Source: Rhodoluna sp.
GTDB lineage: Bacteria > Actinomycetota > Actinomycetes > Actinomycetales > Microbacteriaceae
DNA: 64,000 bases
Reading direction: 5' to 3' (one strand)
Assembly: GCA_049276775.1 (NCBI GenBank)
Contig: JBASXC010000028.1
Positions 21,597 to 32,451 of the stretch are shown here, piece after piece. How positions within the stretch are numbered: the first letter of the stretch is position 1; each line of letters begins with the position of its first letter. The notes under the pieces were generated by a model, which saw only the letters and a list, made by a program, of their open reading frames with translations, ran no database searches and was not told the DNA's origin. A program made the translations under genes and the position numbers.

Positions 21597-22688
21597 TTAT
21601 GCCAATCCCAACCGTTCTGCAACCTCGGCAGCATTATTAGGAACTGCGTGAGGGGTGATTTCGTTTCCGGCTTCGTCCTTGAGGGCCCACATCGGATCTT
21701 TTAGGCCGTGGCCGGTCACAGTGATAACTATCAACGCGCCAGCAAAACTCTCACCGGTCTGCGAGGCCTTGTAAAGACCCGCCGCTCCGGTTGCGGAACT
21801 TGGCTCAACGAAGACTCCGGCTTCCTGAGACAGGAAGCGGTGCATCCACAAAATTTCTTTATCCGAAACGGCCCCGAATTTACCTTGAGTCTTTTCCCTC
21901 GCAGTTTGTGCCAGATCCCAGGACGCCGGGTTTCCAATTCGAATTGCGGTTGCAATAGTGTCCGGATTTTTGACCGGCGCACCCAATACAAATGGGGCCG
22001 AGCCCTCGGCCTGGTAGCCATACATCTTTGGAAGCTTCTTGATTCTTCGAACCTTGAAATCTTCTTGGTAGCCCTTGTAGTAGGCCGAGTAGTTTCCTGC
22101 GTTTCCAACCGGTAGTACGTGGAAATCAGGTGCCTGACCCAAAGCATCGACCACTTCAAACGCAGCCGTTTTTTGTCCCTCGATCCGGTCCGGGTTTACC
22201 GAGTTCACCAAGTGGACTGCGTAGTTATCCGAGAGGTCTCTTGCGAGAGTTAGACAATCATCAAAGTTTCCCTGGACCTGAAGAATCTGAGCTTTATGTG
22301 CAACAGCTTGACTTAGTTTTCCAAGAGTGATTTTGCCCTCTGGAACCAAAACTACAGATTGAATTCCGGCGGCCGCAGCGTAAGCAGCAGCCGATGCTGA
22401 AGTATTTCCAGTCGAGGCACAAATTACAGCCTTAGCACCTTCGCCAACCGCTTTAGATACCGCCATGGTCATACCGCGGTCTTTGAATGAACCGGTTGGG
22501 TTCATGCCTTCGAATTTTAGATAAACCCGATCGGCTCCAACAAGTTTGGCTAGCGCAGGCGCTGAAACTAGAGGAGTTCCACCCTCACCTAGGGTGATCA
22601 CAGGGGTTTTCCTGTTTACATCCAGTCGCGAGTAATACTCGTTTATCACTCCGCGCCACTGGTGCGCTTTCTTTGGTTTACCAAACAC
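21597..22688 (-). CDS. thrC: Threonine synthase.
   Basis: HQWRGVINEY N-terminus and PLP-Lys context NPTGSFKDRG. The likely start is GTG 22688, 8 nt after AAAGGAG; the ORF-track TTG at 22706 sits on top of that SD. Confidence 0.9.
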   Translation of the reverse strand: MFGKPKKAHQWRGVINEYYSRLDVNRKTPVITLGEGGTPLVSAPALAKLVGADRVYLKFEGMNPTGSFKDRGMTMAVSKAVGEGAKAVICASTGNTSASAAAYAAAAGIQSVVLVPEGKITLGKLSQAVAHKAQILQVQGNFDDCLTLARDLSDNYAVHLVNSVNPDRIEGQKTAAFEVVDALGQAPDFHVLPVGNAGNYSAYYKGYQEDFKVRRIKKLPKMYGYQAEGSAPFVLGAPVKNPDTIATAIRIGNPASWDLAQTAREKTQGKFGAVSDKEILWMHRFLSQEAGVFVEPSSATGAAGLYKASQTGESFAGALIVITVTGHGLKDPMWALKDEAGNEITPHAVPNNAAEVAERLGLA

Positions 22689-22739
22689 GGTAAACACTCC
22701 TTTCAAAGGAACTTCCCAAAACTCTAGAGCTCATTTTCA

Positions 22740-24065
22740 CTAGATGCCCTCAACTCGAATAACAGACATAACCGATTCCACGGCCTCGTTGGATTTCAAA
22801 GCCTCCACCACTGCGGTCAGTGCCTGGTCACTCGCGAGGTGGGTTCCAATCTCCAAGCTGGCAGTCGTGCTCTCCCGCTCCAAAACTGCCTGCTCGACAG
22901 TCTCTATGGAGACCTTGTGGGTCGAAAACAGTGTTGCAATCTTGGCCAAAACTCCTGGCTGGTCCTTGACCTCTAGCTGAATCACATAGCGAGTCTTTAC
23001 TCGACCCATGTCCAAAATCTCAAAGTTGGCGTGAATTGAGTCGGCAAGTCCTGGACCTCCGGCAACGTGGCGCTTAGCAGCGGAGACCACATCTCCTAAA
23101 ATTGCCGAGGCGGTTTGAGTGCCACCGGCACCGGATCCGTAAAACATCAGTCGGCCGGCGGCTTCTGCTTCAACAAATACTGCGTTGTAGGCACCGTCCA
23201 CCGAACCCAACGGGTGTGATCTTGGAACCAAAGCTGGGTAAACCCGAACTGATATTCCCTCGCCCCCGGCCTCATCGGCTTCAATAAATTCACAAATTGC
23301 CAAAAGCTTTATGACGTAGCCGTCACGCTTGGCAGCGGCAATTTGATCAGCCGAGATAGCAGTGATGCCCTCGCGGTATACCTTTTCGAGCGGGACTTCG
23401 GTATGGAAAGCAAGAGATGCCAGAATTGCGGCTTTTTGCGCGGCGTCATAGCCGTCAACATCTAATGAGGGATCTGCTTCTAGATAGCCAAGCTCCGTAG
23501 CTTCCTTCATGGCAACTTCTAGAGTTGCTCCACTTTTATCCATCCGGTCAAGAATGTAGTTGGTGGAACCGTTCACGATTCCCATGATGCGCTTGACCCG
23601 GTCACCCGCTAGAGACTCTCTCAAGGGACGGATGATTGGAATAGCTCCAGCCACCGAGGCCTCGAAGTAAAGCTGCGCTCCAACTTGATCAGCGGCGCTA
23701 AACAATTCAGAGCCGTGAGTTGCTAGCAAGGATTTATTGGCGGTTATTACATCCGAACCAGAATTTAGAGCTAGCAGAATATAGTCCTTGGCTGGCTGCA
23801 GCCCACCCATGACCTCGATAACTATATCTGCGCCAAGAATCAGACTCTCGGCATCGGTCGTAAGGAGCTCCTTGGGGAAACCGCTTCGCTTTGTCTTTAG
23901 GTCGCGAACAGCAATACCCACAAGCTCAAGCTCGGCGCCAACTCGGGCGGCCAATTCGGCTTTCTGGGTTAGAAGGAGCCTTGCGACTTCCGCACCAACT
24001 GAACCGGCGCCAAGCAGGGCAACCCGGATTGGGCGATATTCACTCACGTTGGACTCCATACTCAT
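22740..24065 (-). CDS. hom: Homoserine dehydrogenase.
   Basis: NAD-binding VALLGAGSVGAEV, a catalytic domain, and a C-terminal ACT-like domain. Confidence 0.92.
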   Translation of the reverse strand: MSMESNVSEYRPIRVALLGAGSVGAEVARLLLTQKAELAARVGAELELVGIAVRDLKTKRSGFPKELLTTDAESLILGADIVIEVMGGLQPAKDYILLALNSGSDVITANKSLLATHGSELFSAADQVGAQLYFEASVAGAIPIIRPLRESLAGDRVKRIMGIVNGSTNYILDRMDKSGATLEVAMKEATELGYLEADPSLDVDGYDAAQKAAILASLAFHTEVPLEKVYREGITAISADQIAAAKRDGYVIKLLAICEFIEADEAGGEGISVRVYPALVPRSHPLGSVDGAYNAVFVEAEAAGRLMFYGSGAGGTQTASAILGDVVSAAKRHVAGGPGLADSIHANFEILDMGRVKTRYVIQLEVKDQPGVLAKIATLFSTHKVSIETVEQAVLERESTTASLEIGTHLASDQALTAVVEALKSNEAVESVMSVIRVEGI

Positions 24066-24081
24066 TACAAACTACCTTGTC

Positions 24082-25488
24082 TTATTCTTCTGAGAACCCA
24101 GGGTCGCGGGCAAACATGTCCGCTTCGGTCTCAGCCCTAAGAATTACCTGAACTTCTCCATCTTTGATTGCAACGATGGCAGGCCTGGTTACGTAGTTGT
24201 AGTTGCTAGCCAGCGAATGACAGTAGGCGCCGGTTGCCGCCACCGCCAATAGATCATTTGGATTGATGTCCTCCGGTAGGTAGCAGTTTCTAACCACGAT
24301 GTCGCCGCTCTCGCAGTGTTTTCCCACCACTCGAGACAGGGCGGCAGGGGCACTTGACACTCTCGATGCCAATATCGGAAAGTAATCAGCGCTGTAAAGA
24401 CTCGGCCGTGCGTTATCGCTCATGCCCCCGTCGATGCTGACATATTTTCTAACTCCCGATACGCCGTCTTCGTTGAGCTGAACGTCCTTGATAGTTCCGA
24501 CGTTATAAAGCGTGATTCCGGCGGGGCCGGAGATAACTCGACCTGGCTCGAAACATAAAACCGGGACACTGATCTCAAGCTCGCCACAAATCTTGGCAAC
24601 TTCTTCGGTGATGCGATCGGCAAACTCGGTTATATCTGGGGCTTTATCGGCCGAGGTGTAGTTGATCCCAAATCCCCCGCCCACGTTTAGCTCTGGAACC
24701 TCTCCCCCGGCAAGTAGTTCCTTGTGCAGAGGAAGAAGCCTACGGACAGACTCAATAAAGCCATCCATTGAGAAAATCTGTGAACCGATGTGAGAGTGCA
24801 GCCCTAAAAAGCGAAGGTGGGAATGCGAACGAATCTTCTCAACCAGGGCGGGAACATCGGATATTGCGATACCAAACTTTTGGTCTTCTCTCGCGGTTGC
24901 CAGGTACTCGTGGGTGTTGGCGTGAATTCCGGAATTAACTCGGATGCGAACCGCCTGCACCTTGTCCTGAGCTCCGGCAATCGAGGCAATCCGCTCGATT
25001 TCGATATCGGAATCGATGACAATGGTTCCAACATTTGCGGTTACGGCACGGCCAATTTCAAATAGTGACTTGTTGCTGCCGTGGAGCCCAATTCGGTCCG
25101 GGCTGATACCGCCCGCGAGGGCAATCGCCAACTCGCCACCGGTGGACACATCCAGGTTCAAGCCCAGCTTGTCAATCCACTTCACAATCTCCGTAGTGAC
25201 AAGTGACTTGCTCGCGTAATAGGTTTTTGAGCTGGTGCCAATTCGGGCGGCCGCATCATCGAAAGCTGCCTTTACCTTTGCTCCCCTTGCAAAAAAATCA
25301 TTCTGGTCGATAACCATAATTGGTGTACCGAACTGCGTAGCCAACTGTCCGACAGAAACTCCGGCGATTGTGACATCGCCTGCTGCGCTTCGGGCCATAC
25401 CGCTTGGCCAGATTCCACCATCAATCAGGTTCTGATCTTTTGGCTCTGTTAGCCAGTCGGGTGCAAATTTTGACTGATTAGAACTCAT
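24082..25488 (-). CDS. lysA: Diaminopimelate decarboxylase.
   Basis: PLP-Lys context YYASKS, HSHIGSQ, GGGFGI, and CESGD motifs. Confidence 0.93.
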   Translation of the reverse strand: MSSNQSKFAPDWLTEPKDQNLIDGGIWPSGMARSAAGDVTIAGVSVGQLATQFGTPIMVIDQNDFFARGAKVKAAFDDAAARIGTSSKTYYASKSLVTTEIVKWIDKLGLNLDVSTGGELAIALAGGISPDRIGLHGSNKSLFEIGRAVTANVGTIVIDSDIEIERIASIAGAQDKVQAVRIRVNSGIHANTHEYLATAREDQKFGIAISDVPALVEKIRSHSHLRFLGLHSHIGSQIFSMDGFIESVRRLLPLHKELLAGGEVPELNVGGGFGINYTSADKAPDITEFADRITEEVAKICGELEISVPVLCFEPGRVISGPAGITLYNVGTIKDVQLNEDGVSGVRKYVSIDGGMSDNARPSLYSADYFPILASRVSSAPAALSRVVGKHCESGDIVVRNCYLPEDINPNDLLAVAATGAYCHSLASNYNYVTRPAIVAIKDGEVQVILRAETEADMFARDPGFSEE

Positions 25489-25490
25489 GA

Positions 25491-27149
25491 TTACATCCGC
25501 TCCGGAGCTGATACGCCCAATAGGCCCAGTCCATTTCTCAAAACCACACCGGCTGCGTCATTCAGCCAGAGTCGGGTGGAGTGAATGGCTTCCACGGGCT
25601 TTCCCGACAGTGGGATAACTCGACAGTTGTCGTACCAGCGGTGATAACTACCGGCGACTTCTTCAATGTACCTTGCAATTCGGTGTGGCTCCCTAAACTC
25701 GGCCGACTGCTGGGCAAGTCTTGGAAGTTCTCCCAATTTAGCCAACAGGTCGGTCTCGGTTGGGTGGTTTAGCAGAGAAGGATCAAACATGGAATGATCA
25801 ACGCTCATGCTCTTGGCGTTCACCGCCACCTGCTGGGTTCTAGCGTGTGCATACTGCACGTAGAAAACAGGATTGTCGTTGGTCTTTTTGGAAAGCTGAG
25901 CAAGATCGATATCCAGCTGTGAGTTCGATGATGATCTTGCGAGCGCATACCTGGCCGCATCAACACCAACTGCCTCAACTAAATCCTCCATGGTGACTAC
26001 CGTGCCCGCGCGCTTTGACATTCGAACCGGCTCACCGTCACGGAGTAGATTTACCATCTGGCCAATCAAGATTTCTAGATTCACTCCCGGCTCATCGCCA
26101 AAGGCCGCACACATCGCCATCATTCGTTGAACGTAACCGTGGTGATCGGCACCGAGCATGATGAGGCACCGATCAAAGCCACGCTCTCTCTTATCCAAGT
26201 AGTAAGCCAAATCGCCGGCGATGTAGGCGGGCTTTCCGTCAGACTTAACAATCACGCGGTCGCGGTCATCGCCGAACTCTGTCGAGCGAAGCCAAACGGC
26301 GCCATCTTCGTCAAAAACGTGACCTAGATCGCGAAGTTTCGCGATGGCTCTTTCTACTGCCTTGGAGTCGTGGAGTGAGTTCTCATGGAAATAAACATCG
26401 AACTCCACTCCGAATTCCTGCAGGGACTCGCGGATTTCTAGAAACATCAGCTCAACACCGGCGGCTCTAAATGCCTCCTGGGCATCCTCCTCGCTGAGAG
26501 AAAGAATGTCTTCGGTCGCAGATGTTAGAACCGCATTAGCTATTTGCTCGATGTACTGACCGCCGTAGCCATCCTCGGGAGCCGGAAGTCCCTTGGCGCG
26601 AGCTAGCAAAGATCTGGCAAAGCGGTCAATTTGCTCACCGTGGTCGTTGAAGTAGTACTCCCTGGTGACTTCCGCACCCTGCGAAGCAAGGACTCTAGCC
26701 AAGGAATCTCCAACAGCGGCCCAGCGGGTTCCCCCCATGTGGATTGGACCGGTGGGGTTTGCAGAAACAAACTCTAGGTTCATCTTCAGTCCCTTGAGCG
26801 ATTCGCCCCTACCGTAGCTGGAACCTGCATCAACGATTGTTTTGGCGAGCATGCCGGCACTTGCCAGGTTCAAAGTGATGTTTATGAATCCGGGCCCTGC
26901 GATGTCAACCTTTGACACTTCTTCGAGAGCTTCGATTCGCGGAGCCAAAAGATCTGCAAATGCTCTGGGTGCGAGGTCGAATTTGCCGGCGAGCTGCATC
27001 GCTGCGTTGGTGGCCCAATCTCCATGATCACGGTTTTTTGGCCGCTCCACAACAATCTCAGACGGCAGTTCGGCCGCAGAAAGCGAGCCATCGGCTTGCA
27101 TCTCGACCAAGATGCGACGAATGGCTACAGCTAACTCTGCTGGAGTCAA
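25491..27149 (-). CDS. argS: Arginine--tRNA ligase.
   Basis: Class-I motifs [12 protein letters not shown] (HIGH-like) and MSKRAG (KMSK-like). The probable start is TTG 27149 (MTPAEL) after GAGG; the ORF-track GTG 27161 is an alternative. Confidence 0.93.
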   Translation of the reverse strand: MTPAELAVAIRRILVEMQADGSLSAAELPSEIVVERPKNRDHGDWATNAAMQLAGKFDLAPRAFADLLAPRIEALEEVSKVDIAGPGFINITLNLASAGMLAKTIVDAGSSYGRGESLKGLKMNLEFVSANPTGPIHMGGTRWAAVGDSLARVLASQGAEVTREYYFNDHGEQIDRFARSLLARAKGLPAPEDGYGGQYIEQIANAVLTSATEDILSLSEEDAQEAFRAAGVELMFLEIRESLQEFGVEFDVYFHENSLHDSKAVERAIAKLRDLGHVFDEDGAVWLRSTEFGDDRDRVIVKSDGKPAYIAGDLAYYLDKRERGFDRCLIMLGADHHGYVQRMMAMCAAFGDEPGVNLEILIGQMVNLLRDGEPVRMSKRAGTVVTMEDLVEAVGVDAARYALARSSSNSQLDIDLAQLSKKTNDNPVFYVQYAHARTQQVAVNAKSMSVDHSMFDPSLLNHPTETDLLAKLGELPRLAQQSAEFREPHRIARYIEEVAGSYHRWYDNCRVIPLSGKPVEAIHSTRLWLNDAAGVVLRNGLGLLGVSAPERM

Positions 27150-27290
27150 GATTGGCCTCACAATTAGGAGCTAAATAAAGAATTCAAAGATCTCGGCGGT
27201 GAGAAACACCTTAGGAAAGTAAAGGGAATTCGCTTAAATCATACCGAGAAAGGCCCATTTCAAGCCACGCTGTTAGGCTTGGAGCGCATT

Positions 27291-27362
27291 GCCCCCATAG
27301 CTCAGGGGATAGAGCACCGCCCTCCGGAGGCGGGAGCGTAGGTTCGAATCCTACTGGGGGCG
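27291..27362 (+). tRNA. tRNA-Arg (anticodon CCG).
   Basis: The cloverleaf was folded by hand: acceptor GCCCCCA/TGGGGGC, D-stem GCTC/GAGC, anticodon stem CCGCC/GGCGG with loop CTCCGGA, and T-arm GTAGG-TTCGAAT-CCTAC. CCA is not encoded. Confidence 0.9.
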
Positions 27363-27926
27363 CAAATAGCTAGCCAGTTGCGAGAGTGCCATCGCTCTAT
27401 GGCTAATCGAGTTTTTGACCATCGGCTCAAGCTCAGCAGCGGAGACCTCGAAACCCTCCGGAATAAAAATTGGGTCGTAGCCAAATCCGTTTGAGCCGGA
27501 ATCGGCATACCCAATCCTCCCCGGCCACACCCCGGTAAAGCTTTGTTCACCATCCTGGCCAACCATCGCAATGGTGCAAATAAAGCTTGCCTGCCGACTT
27601 TGCTCTGGAATGTCAGCCAACTGAGCCAGCAGCAGTTGCCGATTCTTAGCATCGTCTCTAGAGCCCGACCAACCGGCTGAAAAAATACCCGGTGACCCAC
27701 CGAGTATCTCAACTGAGATTCCAGAATCATCAGCGATTGAAGTTTGTCCGGTGTGCCGAAAAGCAACCCTTGCCTTGATCAAGGCATTTTCCAAAAACGA
27801 TGTCCCGTCTTCTAACGGCTCGGGTCCGTCATAGCCGTCGACGGTTAGCCCCTCAAGAATCGGCTCAAGTATTGCTGCTACTTCTTTCACCTTGTGGGCG
27901 TTATGAGTTGCCAGAACCAAACGCAA
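27351..27926 (-). CDS. rdgB: Non-canonical purine NTP pyrophosphatase (RdgB/HAM1 family).
   Basis: LATHNAHKVKE, ADDSGISV, FGYDPIF, and SHRAMA motifs. It lies downstream of rph, as in many bacteria. Confidence 0.9.
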   Translation of the reverse strand: MRLVLATHNAHKVKEVAAILEPILEGLTVDGYDGPEPLEDGTSFLENALIKARVAFRHTGQTSIADDSGISVEILGGSPGIFSAGWSGSRDDAKNRQLLLAQLADIPEQSRQASFICTIAMVGQDGEQSFTGVWPGRIGYADSGSNGFGYDPIFIPEGFEVSAAELEPMVKNSISHRAMALSQLASYLRPQ

Positions 27927-27927
27927 G

Positions 27928-28662
27928 TTAGCCCCTCGGGTCCTGAAGAATTGCTTGCTGGATAGCCGTTAGCTCTTTGGTTCCCTTGAGGGCAAGATCC
28001 AGCAGAGCGTCGAGCTCTTCTCTATCAAAAGGCGCGGCCTCAGCGGTCCCCTGGACCTCGACAAACTTTCCGGAACCCGTCACAACAACGTTCATATCGG
28101 TATCCGCCCGAACATCCTCGGTGTATGACAAATCCAACATCGGAACTTGGTCGATGATGCCAACCGAAATAGCCGCAATTGAATCAGACAGCGGCTGCTT
28201 TTTTTCAGAGATGAAATTATTGGCTTTCCCCCAATCGATCGCATCCACCAGCGCTATGTACGCTCCCGTGATTGCTGCGGTTCTGGTTCCACCGTCAGCC
28301 TGCAATACATCGCAGTCAATCACGATGGTGTTTTCGCCCAGGGCCTTGAAATCAACTATCGAACGAAGTGCGCGTCCAATCAGTCTAGAAATTTCGTGAG
28401 TTCGACCGCCGAGTTTACCCTTGACCGCTTCGCGGTCAGATCTGGTGTGGGTAGCCCTTGGCAACATCGAGTACTCTGCGGTAACCCAACCCTCACCCTT
28501 TCCAACTTTCCAACGTGGAACGCCGTTCGTGAAAGAAGCGGTGCACAAAACCTTGGTAGCTCCAAAGCTAATCAGTGCTGAGCCCTCCGCGTGAGCGGAC
28601 CACCCGCGCTCCACAGTTACTTCGCGCAACTGATCTACCTTACGTCCGTCTATTCTGTCCAA
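27928..28662 (-). CDS. rph: Ribonuclease PH.
   Basis: [35 protein letters not shown], and [14 protein letters not shown] motifs. TTG start after AGGGAG. Confidence 0.95.
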   Translation of the reverse strand: MDRIDGRKVDQLREVTVERGWSAHAEGSALISFGATKVLCTASFTNGVPRWKVGKGEGWVTAEYSMLPRATHTRSDREAVKGKLGGRTHEISRLIGRALRSIVDFKALGENTIVIDCDVLQADGGTRTAAITGAYIALVDAIDWGKANNFISEKKQPLSDSIAAISVGIIDQVPMLDLSYTEDVRADTDMNVVVTGSGKFVEVQGTAEAAPFDREELDALLDLALKGTKELTAIQQAILQDPRG

Positions 28663-28680
28663 GTCACTTACTCCCTATTG

Positions 28681-29493
28681 TTAAAGCTTTTCCACGGTGG
28701 AAACTTCTGGCCCCAAAAATCTTTTTGCCAGTTTCTCAAAATCGGACGCATCGCCGGTGGCACGAAAGACCAAAGTTGGAGCACTTGATTCAATTCGAAG
28801 CAAATCATTATCCACCAACACCTTGTATAGATCTTTGGCCGTTTCTTCCGCAGAAGAAACCAGAGTGACCTGATCTCCCATAACTAGAGAAATGGCGCCG
28901 GTTAGAAGTGGATAGTGAGTGCAACCAAGAACCAGGGTGTCAACACCGGCTTCTTTGAGTGGTGTCAGGTACTTCTTGGCTGATTCCATTATTTCTGGGC
29001 CCGAAGTTATGCCGCGCTCGACGAAGTCAACAAAACTCGGACAAGCAGCTCTAAACAGTTCAACTTCAACGGCGGCAGCGAAGGCGTCGTCATAAGCCCT
29101 CGAATTCACGGTTGCCAAAGTTCCGATCACTCCAACTTTCCCCTTGGAGGTCGAGGCAACCGCTCTTCTCACCGCCGGTTGAATAACTTCAACTACGGGG
29201 ATTCCTCGTCCTTCGGTATATCGCTCCCGGGCGTCTCGAAGAACTGCAGCCGAGGCCGAGTTGCAGGCGATTACCAGGACCTTCACACCTTCGTCAACCA
29301 ATTTGTCCATTACGGCCAGAGCTAATTCACGAACTTCTGATAGCGGCTTGGGCCCGTAGGGAGTGTTTGCGGTATCCCCGACATAAATAATGGATTCGTT
29401 TGGAAGCTGATCGATGATGGCCCGAGCTACCGTGAGCCCGCCAACACCGGAGTCAAAGACTCCAATTGGCGCACTGCTTCGCGGTTGACTCAC
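28681..29493 (-). CDS. murI: Glutamate racemase.
   Basis: [20 protein letters not shown], and LGCTHYPLL (the two catalytic Cys). Confidence 0.93.
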   Translation of the reverse strand: MSQPRSSAPIGVFDSGVGGLTVARAIIDQLPNESIIYVGDTANTPYGPKPLSEVRELALAVMDKLVDEGVKVLVIACNSASAAVLRDARERYTEGRGIPVVEVIQPAVRRAVASTSKGKVGVIGTLATVNSRAYDDAFAAAVEVELFRAACPSFVDFVERGITSGPEIMESAKKYLTPLKEAGVDTLVLGCTHYPLLTGAISLVMGDQVTLVSSAEETAKDLYKVLVDNDLLRIESSAPTLVFRATGDASDFEKLAKRFLGPEVSTVEKL

Positions 29494-29528
29494 GCCCCAA
29501 TTCTATTGCCGGCTCCTCGGGCTAGGCT

Positions 29529-30836
29529 TTGATTGTGCTTTCGACCAGTGCTCTACTAACGGATCGCTACGAGCTGACAATGCTCCAGGCGGCCCTTCAG
29601 TCTGGAAAAGCTCACCGCAAAGCGGTCTTTGAAGTCTTTTCAAGAACTCTCGCCGGTGGCCGCCGCTACGGTGTATTTGCAGGTTCCGGAAGACTGCTCG
29701 AGTTGATTCGGGATTTTCAATTCACGGATCAGGAAATTTCCTGGCTCCTTGAGGAAAAAATAGTAAACCAAGAAACTGCGAGCTGGCTCTCAACCTATAA
29801 ATTCTCCGGAAACATATTTGGCTATGCGGAGGGAGAGGTTTACTTCCCTTACTCCCCCGTGCTCATTGTTGAGGCAACTTTTGCGGAAGCGGTAATTCTT
29901 GAAACGCTTATTCTCTCGGTGCTCAACTACGACAGCGCGGTTGCAAGTGCAGCCAGCCGCATGGTCACTGCAGCGGGTAAAAGAAGTGTTTCCGAAATGG
30001 GCTCTCGGCGTACCGGAGAATCATCGGCAGTTGCCGCGGCAAGGGCGGCCTACATAGCGGGCTTTAGCGCAACCTCAAATCTTGAAGCAGGGCGAAGCTT
30101 CGGCATCCCAACCATGGGAACGGCCTCGCACGCCTTTACCCTGCTGCACGAAACCGAGCAGCAGGCCTTCGAGGCTCAGCTCGAAGCCTTTGGACAAAAC
30201 ACCACATTCTTAGTAGACACCTACAACATTGAGACCGGCATTGAAAATGCCATCAGCGTTGCCGGAACAAACCTTGCCGGGGTAAGGATTGACTCGGGGG
30301 ATCTACCAATTGAGGTTGCAAAGGCCCGTGCACTGTTAGACAAACTGGGAGCTAAGGCAACAAAAATCACAGTCACAAATGACTTGAATGAATTCGCCAT
30401 TGCCGCTCTTGCGGCTGCCCCGGTTGATGCATATGGAGTTGGCACCTCGGTGGTCACCGGTTCAGGGGTTCCCGCTGCCGGTTTCGTCTACAAGATGGTC
30501 GCCTATGAAAATGACGAGGGTGACTGGCACGCCGTGTCTAAGCAGTCGGCCAGCAAAACCAATCTGGGCGGAAGAAAGTACGCGGTTCGGCGACATGATG
30601 AGAATGGAATCGCCGTTTCCGAAAGAATTAACTCCGCCACCCCGAGCGAACCAAACCCAACCGATCGAGAACTGCTTATCCCGCTAGTTCAAAACGGAGA
30701 TCTCAAAGAGGGCCTGACTGGTAAATCTGGAGTGGAGTCGGCAAGGCTTCACCATGAAAAAGCCAAGCGGGCTTTACCGGCTAGTGCTCTAAGACTCACA
30801 AAAGGTGAGCCGGCGATACCAACGAACTTCGTTTAG
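29529..30836 (+). CDS. pncB: Nicotinate phosphoribosyltransferase.
   Basis: ALLTDRYELTM N-terminus, GTASHAF, and VRIDSGD motifs. Confidence 0.9.
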   Translation: MIVLSTSALLTDRYELTMLQAALQSGKAHRKAVFEVFSRTLAGGRRYGVFAGSGRLLELIRDFQFTDQEISWLLEEKIVNQETASWLSTYKFSGNIFGYAEGEVYFPYSPVLIVEATFAEAVILETLILSVLNYDSAVASAASRMVTAAGKRSVSEMGSRRTGESSAVAAARAAYIAGFSATSNLEAGRSFGIPTMGTASHAFTLLHETEQQAFEAQLEAFGQNTTFLVDTYNIETGIENAISVAGTNLAGVRIDSGDLPIEVAKARALLDKLGAKATKITVTNDLNEFAIAALAAAPVDAYGVGTSVVTGSGVPAAGFVYKMVAYENDEGDWHAVSKQSASKTNLGGRKYAVRRHDENGIAVSERINSATPSEPNPTDRELLIPLVQNGDLKEGLTGKSGVESARLHHEKAKRALPASALRLTKGEPAIPTNFV

Positions 30837-31099
30837 TTTTTTTCCTCGTCGCCAGGTTTCAGCTTGGAATGAATTTCCTTACACGCGGGACAGACTGGAA
30901 AATTCTTCGGGTCTCTTCCGGGAACCCACACCTTGCCACAAAGAGCAATAACTGGTGTTCCCATAACCGCCGACTCGACAATTTTGTCTTTTTTTACGTA
31001 GTGGGAAAAACGCTCGTGGTCACCTGGTTCGATGAGCTTTGGCTCAGTGCTTGTGTCAGTACCAAGCTGTTCAGTCTGAAGCGGAGCTGGTTGGTTCAC
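30833..31099 (-). CDS. DUF3039 domain protein (conserved actinobacterial).
   Basis: GDHERFSHYVKKDKIVESAVMGTPVIALCGKVWVPGRDPKNFPVCPACKEI is the recognisable DUF3039 core. Confidence 0.8.
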   Translation of the reverse strand: MNQPAPLQTEQLGTDTSTEPKLIEPGDHERFSHYVKKDKIVESAVMGTPVIALCGKVWVPGRDPKNFPVCPACKEIHSKLKPGDEEKN

Positions 31100-31113
31100 T
31101 TGGAGTTTCCTGT

Positions 31114-32352
31114 CTAATCTTCAGCACTTTGTAAAACAACATCAAGAACTAGTCTCGTGTCGCCGCGAGTGAGTTCAATCCTAACCATCGCACCCGCTGG
31201 CTCCTGCCTAACGGCTGCAGTAAGTTCGCTGGCTGTGGTTAGTGGCTTCCCATCTATTTTTGTTATGACATCCCCCGCCCTAATGCCAGCAAGCTCCGCG
31301 GCTCCGCCCGGAGTCACTTCAACAACCTGAACCCCAATTGGAAAGCCAGCTCCATCTTGCGAAGACATCGCATCGGAAACCAGGGCGCCCAGAAGGCCGT
31401 GACTTGCAACTCCCTCCACAATTATTTCTTCCGAGATTCGTTTGGCGACATTGGCCGGAATTGCAAAGCCAACCCCGATGTTCCCCGACTGAGAGAAAGT
31501 TCCAGCCGTCGCAATTGCGACATTGATGCCAACTAGTTCGCCGCGGTCGTTCACAAGCGCACCCCCGGAGTTGCCCGGGTTGATTGCCGCATCGGTTTGA
31601 ATCACATTCAGATTGATTGGCCGTCCGGTATTTCCTGACCAGAACTCAAGACTTGACTGGTCAGGAGATTCTGAGGACGCAACCTGGATTGTTCTATTTA
31701 GGGCAGACACGATGCCCTTGGTGACCGTTGCTTCAAGTCCAAGCGGCGCTCCAATTGCTACAACTTGATCCCCAACGTTGATTAGCCCTGAGTTGGCAAA
31801 CTGGATTGGAGTGAGCGGCTTAGTTGGCTCAATTTTTACAACGGCCAAATCATTAGTTGGATCCGCACCGACCAAAGTGGCCGAATATACTCCCCCGTCA
31901 TTAGTTCGAACCGAGAGTCGAACATTTGAAGTTGAGCCATTAACGCTCACCACGTGTGCATTAGTAAGGATGTAGCCATCTGCCGTCAGTACAACACCGG
32001 AACCATTACCACCGGATGACCCTCCAGAAACTCTGATGGTCACAACAGAAGGAGCTGCTGTGGCGGAAGCGGCAGTTGCCCAGTTGACGTTTTCCAAGTT
32101 GTTCACAACTATGGCGGCCGGACGAGTTAAGTAATTGTGAGCTACAACTCCCGCGCCGGCACCAACCGAAGCACCAATAATTGCGCCCAAAACAGCTACC
32201 GAGGTTGCTGTGAAAAATGTTAGGCGCTTTTCTCGATTGCGCTTTTTCTTGGCCTTGGCAGGCGGAAGCGGTGCTGGCGGGTCAAACAAGAACTGCTTGT
32301 TATAGCTGTTAGCTCGACTTAGTCCGCTCGGATCATTATCTGGAGTAGTCAT
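31114..32352 (-). CDS. Membrane-anchored trypsin-like serine protease with a C-terminal PDZ domain (HtrA/S1C family).
   Basis: Catalytic triad contexts LTNAHVV, NDLAVVKI, and GNSGGAL. PDZ GIRAGDVITKIDGKPL. One N-terminal TM. Confidence 0.88.
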   Translation of the reverse strand: MTTPDNDPSGLSRANSYNKQFLFDPPAPLPPAKAKKKRNREKRLTFFTATSVAVLGAIIGASVGAGAGVVAHNYLTRPAAIVVNNLENVNWATAASATAAPSVVTIRVSGGSSGGNGSGVVLTADGYILTNAHVVSVNGSTSNVRLSVRTNDGGVYSATLVGADPTNDLAVVKIEPTKPLTPIQFANSGLINVGDQVVAIGAPLGLEATVTKGIVSALNRTIQVASSESPDQSSLEFWSGNTGRPINLNVIQTDAAINPGNSGGALVNDRGELVGINVAIATAGTFSQSGNIGVGFAIPANVAKRISEEIIVEGVASHGLLGALVSDAMSSQDGAGFPIGVQVVEVTPGGAAELAGIRAGDVITKIDGKPLTTASELTAAVRQEPAGAMVRIELTRGDTRLVLDVVLQSAED

Positions 32353-32451
32353 GTTCTTAATTGGCCTTTCATCTGCTTACATCATGTCAAACGAATCTGA
32401 GCAGATACTGAAAGGAACCTCAATTGAGCCCGATAGATTCCCTCTAATTGA

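Noticed and set aside
27302-27766. A 154-aa ORF overlapping the tRNA-Arg 3' end and rdgB.
   Set aside because: It is an alternative frame of the well-supported rdgB gene. The translation has no family features.
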